Assembly (NCBI GenBank): GCA_977020255.1 | Contig: CDROCS010004528.1 | Coordinates: 1-64,000, forward strand | DNA from: Obrimoposthia wandeli | Lineage: Eukaryota | DNA length: 64,000 bases | Reading direction: 5' to 3' | Shown: in pieces, positions 13,221 to 21,947 of the stretch | Numbering within the stretch: position 1 is the stretch's first letter | Layout of the letters: each line of letters opens with the position of its first letter | Translations under genes and position numbers: made by a program | The notes under the pieces: generated by a model | Told to the model about the DNA's origin: nothing | Databases searched by the model: none | What the model saw: only the letters and a program-made list of their open reading frames with translations

Positions 13221-13257
13221 ATAAGATCTCCACGGAGTTTTTAAACCAATGAATTAA

Positions 13258-13494
13258 TTAAGTATTTTCCATTCCTACAGTAAAATATAGTAAAACATAG
13301 CTTTTTTGCCAAATATTTTTAAAGATATAACTGACTACCGTTTTATTTTCTGAATCAAATATGCAACGATTCAGTAACTCATCGTATTGTAAGATTTCGA
13401 CTACAACCCTTGCTTTCGTGTGGTCTAGACCTATAGGTAGCCCTAGGTACACATAACCTTTCGCATGTTCGATTTCTACGAAAAAGTGAAGCAC
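13258..13494 (-). CDS. Small hypothetical protein or remnant (78 aa)
   Basis: ORF track only; same strand as its neighbours; an in-frame TAG lies just upstream; no recognised motif. Confidence 0.25.
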   Translation of the reverse strand: MLHFFVEIEHAKGYVYLGLPIGLDHTKARVVVEILQYDELLNRCIFDSENKTVVSYIFKNIWQKSYVLLYFTVGMENT

Positions 13495-13694
13495 TTCGTT
13501 GAATGTAAAGAGCTAGGGAAAGTGACAACTATCGAGACGAGTATGAATTGCTTCAAAAGAATGACATAGAACTTAGGAACTCTTAAACACCATATCAAGC
13601 TAAGCCCACATCAACTCTTTCAGTATAGATTACCCGCTGATGCACGACCTTACAGTTTCCCACTAATTACAGTAGCTGTAAGTTAAGGTTTGAG

Positions 13695-15593
13695 TTAGAG
13701 CATTGTTTCAATATGTAAGGCCTTCCAGCCCCACTGAGATCGTTTTTTATTGTAGTTAAGAATCGCTTTCCCTGACACCCAATCTCCATTCTGGAGACTA
13801 TGAGCTTTCACTATAGGTGGAGGAATAAAGACTCCGTCATCAGTAAATCCCATACCGTTATCTTCTCTTACGTTGCCTTCAAATGCCTTTAATATTGATT
13901 CAGGTACCGGTTGGTTTGTCTTTTGGGCAGTTAACGTTCGGTAACCAGTTCCTTGTTTGCTTGTGTATTTTGAAACGCGAACTGTAATGGCGTCGCCTTC
14001 AATGAATTTATCTTGTAAATCTGTAAATCTAACGACTCCATCTATGTCACGACTAATGATGAAATGGATAAGGTTCTTTTGCGAATTAATATGATCTACA
14101 ACGCCGATATGTTCATCGAATATGTCCCACTCGGTCGAACCATCTCTTTTATCCATGGTATAAACTTGGAAGCGACTTTCACTATCGTACTCCCCTTTTA
14201 TCTTTACCCCTATTCCTGGCTCCGCACCCGAAATTGAAACCTTAGATTCAGGAATGGAAACTTCAAAAGGGACAGGTGAAGAGTGAATATAAAGCTTCCG
14301 TCTTGGTTTATTTGGCTTAGTATCTATCGTGAAGCATTCGCCAAGAACCCCATCTGTCCAAGGAATATTACAGTATAAAAGTTCTTCAGCGACAGAAGCA
14401 TGACTTCTATAAAATTTTATATTGGATGTTGTAGATGAAGTTTCTTCATACCAAGCTTGGCTCTTCAGCGATTCGACTGAGTCAGGAATTTTCTGATTGT
14501 TATCAACTCGATATTTAATTATTTCATTAATTTCAAACTTTGCTCGAGCTAAGTCTTGAGTTTTGATTAATAACTCAGCAAGTTTAATTTTTACTTTACT
14601 AACGAAATTGATATCTTTTGAACAAAGCAGGGCTTTACAATAACAAGACAAGGTGGCGTTTAGGGTAATTGATACGTGTATATCCCCCAATAACTCCCAC
14701 GCCCAATAGTCATTGGCTTTGCTCTTGACCACTTCTAACCCAAACGAAAGGGCTTCTTCATTTCGTCCAGTTGTCATCAGAATCCTGGCCTTACTAAGTT
14801 TCAGCCAGATATTGTCTGGGAATTTGCTAATGCATTCGTTGATGAAAGGTAAAATATAGTCCAGGTCTTCTTGGGCGTTTCGTAAGAATGCGTCTTTACT
14901 TGCGTGATTAACCACTTTTTCAGCAAGTGAAGGGTAGGTATCACCATCGCTAGTTCTAAAGGGTTCATAATCTTCGGGACGAAGGTTTTCGAGCCCCCAG
15001 ATTCTCGCGAAAGCTCCCATATTGAGCTTGCCTTCTTTTGCCAGTTTATCAGCAACTTGAAGAAAGCAGGTGTGTAATAGGGATGGCTTTTCTACTTGAA
15101 GTTTAAAATAGTCATTTAAATATCTTTTAGCTCCATTAAAATTTGGGGGTTCCTGATCAGCCATTGATTTAGCAAGGCGATATAACTCCCAAGCTAAACC
15201 TGTTTGAACATCTTCAGAATAATCACCGCTATTTAGCATTGCCTTAAAAAGGTTAGCCGATTCTTGATGTCGACCTTCCTTGCTTAAAGTTTTAGCCTTG
15301 AGAATATTCTGACCGTTCAGGTTACATAATTTAAGTGTAGACTGGCGTTGATCACATAATATATTGTCTGATGGATCGATTTTTAAATGTTCAAGCTGTT
15401 GAGAATAGTGCGGTAGATTTTGTTGCTCTCCTGATTTAGCCTCGCGCTTGATCAGGTCGATAATACACCAAGCAAACGCTTTGATATCCCAGTCGTCTCC
15501 TTGTGAATTTTTAATTAACTCAACAGCCATTTGATAGGCTTCATCTAAGGAGCCTTCCTTCCTTTTTGCAAAAACGTCTTTGTTAGTAATCAC
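13695..15593 (-). CDS. TPR-like helical repeat protein with C-terminal S1/cold-shock-like OB folds (632 aa)
   Basis: Likely start is GTG at 15593 (ITNKDVFAKRKEG), overlapping the helicase TGA (GTGA) with a GAGGGG RBS. TPR-like segments (AWELYRLAK, YWAWELLGDI, YCKALLC). OB-like ends include GVVDHINSQKNLIHF and GFTDDGVFIPPPIV...WGWKA. Confidence 0.85.
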   Translation of the reverse strand: MITNKDVFAKRKEGSLDEAYQMAVELIKNSQGDDWDIKAFAWCIIDLIKREAKSGEQQNLPHYSQQLEHLKIDPSDNILCDQRQSTLKLCNLNGQNILKAKTLSKEGRHQESANLFKAMLNSGDYSEDVQTGLAWELYRLAKSMADQEPPNFNGAKRYLNDYFKLQVEKPSLLHTCFLQVADKLAKEGKLNMGAFARIWGLENLRPEDYEPFRTSDGDTYPSLAEKVVNHASKDAFLRNAQEDLDYILPFINECISKFPDNIWLKLSKARILMTTGRNEEALSFGLEVVKSKANDYWAWELLGDIHVSITLNATLSCYCKALLCSKDINFVSKVKIKLAELLIKTQDLARAKFEINEIIKYRVDNNQKIPDSVESLKSQAWYEETSSTTSNIKFYRSHASVAEELLYCNIPWTDGVLGECFTIDTKPNKPRRKLYIHSSPVPFEVSIPESKVSISGAEPGIGVKIKGEYDSESRFQVYTMDKRDGSTEWDIFDEHIGVVDHINSQKNLIHFIISRDIDGVVRFTDLQDKFIEGDAITVRVSKYTSKQGTGYRTLTAQKTNQPVPESILKAFEGNVREDNGMGFTDDGVFIPPPIVKAHSLQNGDWVSGKAILNYNKKRSQWGWKALHIETML

Positions 15594-18436
15594 GAGCTTA
15601 GCCCCTCTGTTACCAAAGCTTGTACATTTTCCGATAGGGTGTTTGAAGTACATGCATTGGGAACTCGTGTGCATTTAGTGAATTGATTTTTTCCGTTATA
15701 AAAAACATCAAAAACAGCACTTTCGAAAGATTGTACGAAAGTATAACGCTGAGTCCAATTCATTGATTCTACGTTGTTTATAATAATACCTTGTTGCTCA
15801 GCCAAGGTAGAAAGCCTTTTATGGAAATCATTCAAGAACTCCTCTTCAAACTCAAAGTTAATGGATGAGCTCGGTATAACTGGCACAATAATAAAGCCGC
15901 TTAGTGGGGAGAGCAGATTGAGAATTTCCCCACTAAACTCTGTTTGCTCCGGAGTAGAAATTCTTGATATTTTTCTTTTGCCGTTATAACCAATAGTGAT
16001 TCGAGATGCTTCACTTTCTTTCTGAAAGAAATAGACTTCCTGATATTGACCCTGGCTAACATCTTTGATGTTTATGCCAGATTTTTCAGTAAGTTTCCTG
16101 ACACGCTTTAAAATATCCAAAGAAAAATAAGCGTTCGATGGAATTCCAAACGATTCATTGCGATTATTTATCTCCGCATATCCATCAGTTTGCTTTGAAG
16201 TATATCCATTGCTAGGAGTCGTCGGCGTATGATTATGATTGGATGAAATAAAATCACTATTACTTACGATGCCAGGCGATGCAACCATCTTTATACCTGA
16301 GCCAAGCTTAATGGCAGGGGGGTCTAATAGGTAAAGCTTGTCTGAAGTACGTGTTATTGCCGTATAGAACCATCTGAAATAATCAGCAGATAGCTGGCTC
16401 TGGTGTGTTTTGCATTTAACAAAGACATGATTCCATTCACTACCTTGAGCTTTATGACAAGTTATTGCATAACCAAATTTCAAGCGAAGTGCATTAAAGT
16501 AAGGATCTGACCTCAAGGTATCTTTGAACTCTAGGCTCCCTGATTTTAAATGAGAATGACGAATACAAAAGTCTAAGTATAGGGCTTTAGTTTCATCAGA
16601 GGTGAGGCCTGGGTGTCCGCTATATAATAGACCTTCCAGAATTTTCGTTTGAAAAAAATGAGACTGACCTTTCAGGTCTTTGAATCCAACAATTAGCTCC
16701 CTAAACGCCAACGTAATTGGTGTTTCTTCAATCTCTTTTGTTTCAGGGTTTTTTCTACGCAGTGTTATATTTCGGCGCTCAGTATTACCTAATACTTCTT
16801 TGACGAGGCCAAAATCTCCGTTTGAAATAAAGAAACCATAGATATAGCTATTACTGACAGCCATTACCTTGTCGCCTCTAGTAACTTCTTCGATGTTAGG
16901 AAAGAAATGTTCTCTTATGAGCCGATTGTAGGCTGCCACATCAGAATTGGAATGTGCCAGAACTATTGATTCACCATTAATTTTTCCACTACAAGAGTTA
17001 AGGTAACTAGTCAAAAGGGCTTGATGAGACACTTCCTCTAAATCAGTATAATTCAAATCTATAACCAGTTGATTGAATATGCCGTTATTCAAAAGATTTT
17101 CTGAGGTTTATAAATTATGCATTACACCACTATCGACCCTTTGGCGTACGACTTCTTTTAGTTCACAGCTAACGCTTTTAACTAAATGCGTTCTCTCTGT
17201 AAAGGTATTTATCGTCAAGTGCAGGAAGAAACTCATACCAACAGGTGGTAGTTGAGCGTCATCGCCAATGAAAATAATTTTTTTCCTATGGTCATTATGA
17301 TCAAGATTGACGTACTTGAAAAAGTCACGTAGCAAATACCCAGAACCAAAACGAAAGAACTCTTCTTCATGATAAATATCTGCAATCATTGATGCTTCAT
17401 CGACAATAAACACCGTATCTGCTGACATTTCATTAACTGCCAACTGAGCATAAAACTTGTAAGTTTCTGAACCATCTAGATTGTCATCACGATACTCTGC
17501 AATATCTTTGAAAGAATAGATCGTTTTGTGAATGGTGTAAGCCGAAGATTGAGTTTTTTTAGCAATAACTTTTGAAGCTTTTCCAGTAGGCGCAGCTAGT
17601 ACATAATTACGCCCAATTGCTCTAAAATATTCAGTTAGGCCTTTAGTTATAAATGTCTTACCAGTACCCGCATAACCTTTTAATAAGAATACTTGGTCAA
17701 CTTTACTATCTAAAAAGTCACCCAGATTATTTACTAATTCTGCCTGCCCGTTAGTGAGGCTGTATTCAGAAAAAGCGTCGTGTAATTTGATGAGCTCGCG
17801 AGTGCTTTCAGGAGCTAAATCAAACGAAGAGGCGGCATTTGATGATGCATCCCTAAATCTTTGAAGTTTCGATTCATCTAATGATTTTTTTAATTCATCA
17901 GCCTGGTTTTGTACGATTCTCTCTGATTCCTCGAGCTTTGCTAACTCCTCTTTGACGTTCAGTAACTGAACTTCCAGCAGTTTATTTTCTTCGTTTAACG
18001 CATGAGGAGAAACATCTTGATACTCAGGTTCTATATAAGCTGGATACTCAGAAAATATGGCTCCACTGTAGGTTTTAAAAAGCCACTGACCTATTAAATA
18101 GGCGTCACGTAGTAATGCTGATGCATCTTTTGAATCGATGTTCCGTCCATGGGCTGCTTTATTACCCAGCATGCGAATTGCGTGAAGCTTTTCTAGGATG
18201 TTCTCATCGATTATTTCGATAAAGTCATTTGATTTAAGTTTTTCAAAGAACCCATCATTCTTCTCGCTTGGTAAATTAAGTTCTCGAAATAAAATTCCAA
18301 CTAGCAGTTCAGCAAAACAGCGCAACTTTATTATTGATGTATGTGCGTCTGTACACACGTATTGTTCAGCAAAATTGGCATGTTCATATAATTGTGGCCA
18401 ACGTTCCTGCAAAGGTTGAAAATTAGTTGATCCCAT
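15590..18436 (-). pseudogene. DUF4145/HEPN-like domain + SF1B (RecD-like) helicase + two TBP-like repeats (~945 aa), frameshifted near 17100-17230
   Basis: LHAIRMLGNKAAHG (RxxxNxxxH), LKGYAGTGKT, FIVDEASMI, IGDDAQLPPVG, FGYAITCHKAQGSEW, YTAITR. C-terminal duplicated unit with YNGK. The pieces 17108-18436 and 15590-17092 rejoin as ...VMHNSINLRKSLNNGIFNQL. Confidence 0.85.
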
Positions 18437-18511
18437 TTGAGCGTCTCTTGTAAGTTAAGCGATACGTCTTTAATTTCTTTGTATGTGTTAAAAAATTTGC
18501 CGTTTATTAAT

Positions 18512-18929
18512 TTATTGTAGTGTCGATATTTGTAATGTTAGGGGAATTTGCATCCAAACCGCACTCAGTATTATTAGATCAAGACTAACTTCAAGTTTAG
18601 TTGTACTGTTCAAGGAGGGTAAATAGTCATCTAACCATTTTTACGTTCAGATTTTTAGTAGCTGTACGGCCAATACTTGCCAGCTCTTTGGCTGGTTCAA
18701 CGGCAAAAACTTTAATATTGTTTTTATCTGAATGTGTTTTGGCTGCTAATTTTGCTAAATATCTAGTATCTCGGCCAGACCCAGAGCCTAAATCCTGAAT
18801 ACGGGTATTTGTTTTTTTTAGAATTGAAGGCAATAATTTAGACCAGCCTTGGTAAACCTCTTCAATTGATTTTGAAAGGTATTTCCGGGCTAGCTCTTTT
18901 GCATTTTCATTATAAAATTGAAGAGTCAC
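18512..18929 (-). pseudogene. Class I SAM-dependent methyltransferase, frameshifted and C-terminally truncated
   Basis: QDLGSGSGRD motif I and AVEPA. Removing one A near 18640 restores WLDDYLPSL...DLIILSAVWMQIP. The reading then ends at TAA 18512, well short of a full domain. Confidence 0.7.
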
Positions 18930-19583
18930 TTACATCATCCTAAATGTACTTACTTCTACGAGCAGGTTCGTCCATGTGAATTAGGCCACAGTGCCAAATC
19001 TAATGGACATTGTCAAAAGGAAAACAATGATAACTTGCCTCATATCAAAGGATTAATTGTAGAATAATAACCAGTTCAGGCTATGAAGCTATTGATCACT
19101 TAGAAAAGCCCTCAATGCCGACACTAATCAGCAGTTCCAACACAGATTCGATTATTTGGTTAAGACGGGCCTGATGGAGCCGCTATTGCACAAAAGGCTT
19201 CAAACTATTATTGCCAAACCTAACACAAGAGGGAGACTATTCATTAAGGCTGCTACCACCTCTCCAAATAACCTTTTCCACCTCTTTTTCGCATTCTATT
19301 TTCTGGGTCTCAATAAGCTCTATTTCGATCCTTAGTTGCTTATTAAAATATAGCCTCTGATTTTTAATCTATATTCAAAAACAATACTTCAGATGTACTT
19401 AATTATGGTAAGATCAGTGTTAGCATAGTGAATAACTTGATATCTATCTCTGAAATCAGTTGATGAATAAAGTGGTAACTGAAACGGTGAGTAAAGTTCA
19501 AAAGACAAAAATTAACATGTTGTTTTAAAACAACTAATTGAACAGATGAGGGAGCAGATTCAGAATATTGAATAACCAACACC

Positions 19584-20168
19584 CTACTTAAACACCGGCG
19601 CTTCCTTCTTTTGCGCTATATCCGCTGGTAATTTAGCAGCAATATGATCATCAAGTTCCAAGCCCCATGTATTAATCATGCAACCTAAAATGATGTACAT
19701 ACCGTGGATAGCCATAATATCCATTATTTGCTGGGTGCTGAAATATTCTGCTAATTGCGCTAATAATGGGGCTGATATCTGATGATTTTCTATTAATTCG
19801 TCAACTGCGAGTAATAGCAAAGCCTCATCAGCTGCCCATTGAGCGCTGGGTTTTTTATGGGTGACAGCCTCTAGTTCCTGCAAGGTTAAGCCACAAGCTA
19901 AACTGCGCTCTACATGCGAGCCCCACTCGTACCAAGCTTGCATATGAATTGCCACCCTTAGAATAACCAATTCACCTTTACGCTGCCCAAGCTCTCCCCC
20001 TTTTACGGAGTAATTACGAAAATCCCACCAAGCTTTTAAAAATTCAGGATGATTGGCTAGTAACTTATGAACATTAATAGGGTTGCCGGACATATCTTGA
20101 ACAATAAAACCGAGCTCTGGTGGCCATTTTTCAGTCGCTAGAGGCAACACTCTTGTTGTGTTTGGCAT
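19584..20168 (-). CDS. Carboxymuconolactone decarboxylase/AhpD-like family protein
   Basis: ELVILRVA...YEWGSHVERSLACGLT motif, 194 aa. Confidence 0.85.
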   Translation of the reverse strand: MPNTTRVLPLATEKWPPELGFIVQDMSGNPINVHKLLANHPEFLKAWWDFRNYSVKGGELGQRKGELVILRVAIHMQAWYEWGSHVERSLACGLTLQELEAVTHKKPSAQWAADEALLLLAVDELIENHQISAPLLAQLAEYFSTQQIMDIMAIHGMYIILGCMINTWGLELDDHIAAKLPADIAQKKEAPVFK

Positions 20169-20223
20169 AATTATCTCGTTGAGTACTCGTTAATGTCTAG
20201 GAACCTGTCGAACTTACCGCTAC

Positions 20224-20280
20224 TCCACAACGTAAAATCAACCAGTTAGAGAGCAACAAAAACTAAGCAGGGCAGCAATA
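20224..20280. mobile_element. Solo terminal-repeat fragment of the MITE family seen at 29150
   Basis: 49/57 ungapped identity to the reverse complement of 29150-29206. Confidence 0.6.
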
Positions 20281-20386
20281 ATATGAGCTTAACTAAAAAA
20301 AACAGATAAATATAATTTAGTTTTTCTTTAATCTTATTTATAAATTTTATATTGATACCAAAACATCTTTCAAAGCGGCTTAGCTC

Positions 20387-20540
20387 AATAAAGATCCTCG
20401 AGGCAAGACCTCTAACTACGCTCTACTTCACTATCTAATGCGGGGTATTTCTAGTGAAATTTTGTGCTAATAAGTTCACGCCTCAAGGAAGAGAGGGGAA
20501 TTTACCCTGAAAATTTAGGCATAGCTTAATTAATCTCTAT
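20387..20540. repeat. Dispersed ~150-bp intergenic repeat, copy 1
   Basis: AATAAAGAT...ATCTCTAT termini. Shares GTATTTCTAGTGA and a 24-bp exact TTTTGTGCTAATAAGTTCACGCCT with the copy at 54078. Confidence 0.8.
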
Positions 20541-21301
20541 CCAATTGGGCTTATCTTATAGCAACAACGACTATCACCTTCTAGTATGTGTTTAGTGCGT
20601 TCAACTTGTGCTATCTCACAAAAACATGCTTTAAAATTCTCTAGCTCTCGTTTACAAAATCCTTGGCACGCTGTCGCCGCCGCACATATAGGACAATGAC
20701 TTTCAATCAAAATAAAATAGTCGGACTCTTGTACAACACTTGCCATATACCCCTCTTGCGAGCGTATTTGTGCTAAGCGTTGCACTCTTTGTGCTAGCTC
20801 CAAACCCGATAACTGCTCTAAGTAGATAGCCAAACTTTGATCAGAACGCGCTTTAATGATGGTGTCTAGACCATGTTGCCCAAAACTTTCTTCCACTAAG
20901 TTAATTAAATCGATAGTTAGATTAGCGTGCCTGTCAGTGTATTGAGCATGCCCTTGCCCTGTTAAACTCCATAGTGATACAGGCCTACCTCGCTCTTGCT
21001 TTTGTTGGCTGTTTTTTACATGACCTTTAGTTAGCAGTTTATTTAAATGCTGCCCAGCCCCCATTGTCGTCATTTGTAATTGCTGCGCTAGATCTTTAAC
21101 ACTCATGGCCCCTTGTGTTTTTATCAAGCTCATTATGCGCTCAGCACTGTCTTCTATTTTCAATTTACTTTCTCGGTTATTTAAATGGTAAGTCTCACAA
21201 CTAGCTCCATGCATCTTGGCGCTGCTTTGTAACACGCTCTGATAACTTTTTACCGGTATAGCCACCTGTGAAGCTTGTTCATCAGTATAAAGTTTACCCA
21301 T
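20537..21301 (-). CDS. HTH transcriptional regulator with a C-terminal Cys cluster (SufR-like/ArsR-type); true start probably nearer 21163
   Basis: N-terminal wHTH (LAQQLQMTTMGAGQHL, RGRP) and C-terminal HCPICAAATACQGFC...C. Confidence 0.85.
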   Translation of the reverse strand: MGKLYTDEQASQVAIPVKSYQSVLQSSAKMHGASCETYHLNNRESKLKIEDSAERIMSLIKTQGAMSVKDLAQQLQMTTMGAGQHLNKLLTKGHVKNSQQKQERGRPVSLWSLTGQGHAQYTDRHANLTIDLINLVEESFGQHGLDTIIKARSDQSLAIYLEQLSGLELAQRVQRLAQIRSQEGYMASVVQESDYFILIESHCPICAAATACQGFCKRELENFKACFCEIAQVERTKHILEGDSRCCYKISPIG

Positions 21302-21302
21302 A

Positions 21303-21328
21303 TTTAATAAAGTTAAAACTTTACTAAA
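21303..21328. promoter_or_regulatory. Palindromic operator 1, TTTARTAAAG-N6-CTTTAYTAAA
   Basis: tttaataaag ttaaaa ctttactaaa, in the divergent region between the regulator and the VOC gene. Confidence 0.65.
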
Positions 21329-21349
21329 AGAATAATTGGCTGTATGTTA

Positions 21350-21375
21350 TTTAGTAAAGCAAACACTTTATTAAA
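21350..21375. promoter_or_regulatory. Palindromic operator 2, same consensus
   Basis: tttagtaaag caaaca ctttattaaa, 47 bp from operator 1. Confidence 0.65.
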
Positions 21376-21403
21376 TAACATAATTTTCCAGCAGGAGCAT
21401 ACT

Positions 21404-21808
21404 ATGTATTTTGAACACGCCAACATAACCGTTACAAGCATAGATAAAGCCATCAAGTTTCTCGGCATTGCATTTCCAGATTTTATTGTACGCGGCCAAG
21501 GCGAAACAGACAGTCGCCAGTGGCTACACTTTGGAAATCAACAAACCTATATTGCGCTGCAACAAAATCATAAACTAACCCCTTCAAATGACACTCAATA
21601 CCTTAGCAACGGTATTAACCATTTAGGCTTTGTGGTTGAGGATCTTCATACGATTACTAGCGCTTTAATCAAAAACGGATTTCAACAAGCAGAAGCTTCT
21701 ACCGTGGAATCATTTCGTGAACGCGCTTATTTTTACGATGAAAACCAAGTTGAATGGGAATTTATTCAATATTTCAGCGATGAAGACCAAGAGCGAAATC
21801 AGTACTAA
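21404..21808 (+). CDS. VOC/glyoxalase family protein
   Basis: MYFEHANITV...GINHLGFVV...YFYDENQVEWEF. CAGGAG RBS supports a start at 21404. Confidence 0.9.
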   Translation: MYFEHANITVTSIDKAIKFLGIAFPDFIVRGQGETDSRQWLHFGNQQTYIALQQNHKLTPSNDTQYLSNGINHLGFVVEDLHTITSALIKNGFQQAEASTVESFRERAYFYDENQVEWEFIQYFSDEDQERNQY

Positions 21809-21947
21809 TTATTTATAGCCAATTGCGTATAAGTTTTAGATTATCAAGTATTCGCTTAATCTAGATAAAGTTATTCAGTGTTAGGTACATCGTTGATATT
21901 AGCGCAATACTCACCCCAGATAGATTAAATAAATTAAGGAGACTGGT

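Larger units (their letters stand above)
1..19500. other. Accessory defence island (left end outside the window, right boundary approximate)
   Basis: Cluster of helicase, nuclease and ATPase genes, gene remnants and dense indels. It looks more AT-rich by eye than the downstream genes. Ordinary intact metabolic genes resume at 19584. No integrase or att site seen. Confidence 0.7.

Noticed and set aside
15594-15674. ORF-track N-terminal extension of the TPR-OB protein
   Set aside because: It overlaps the helicase 3' end; the GTG at 15593 has an RBS and a GTGA coupling.
19230-19360. Short minus-strand frame ...RIEIELIETQKIECEKEVEKVIWRGG
   Set aside because: Could be a gene remnant, but it has no start and no recognisable motif.
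19519-19534. Perfect 16-bp palindrome gttgttttaaaacaac at the island edge as an att site
   Set aside because: No second copy, integrase or tRNA in the window; AT-rich and may be a weak terminator of the CMD gene.
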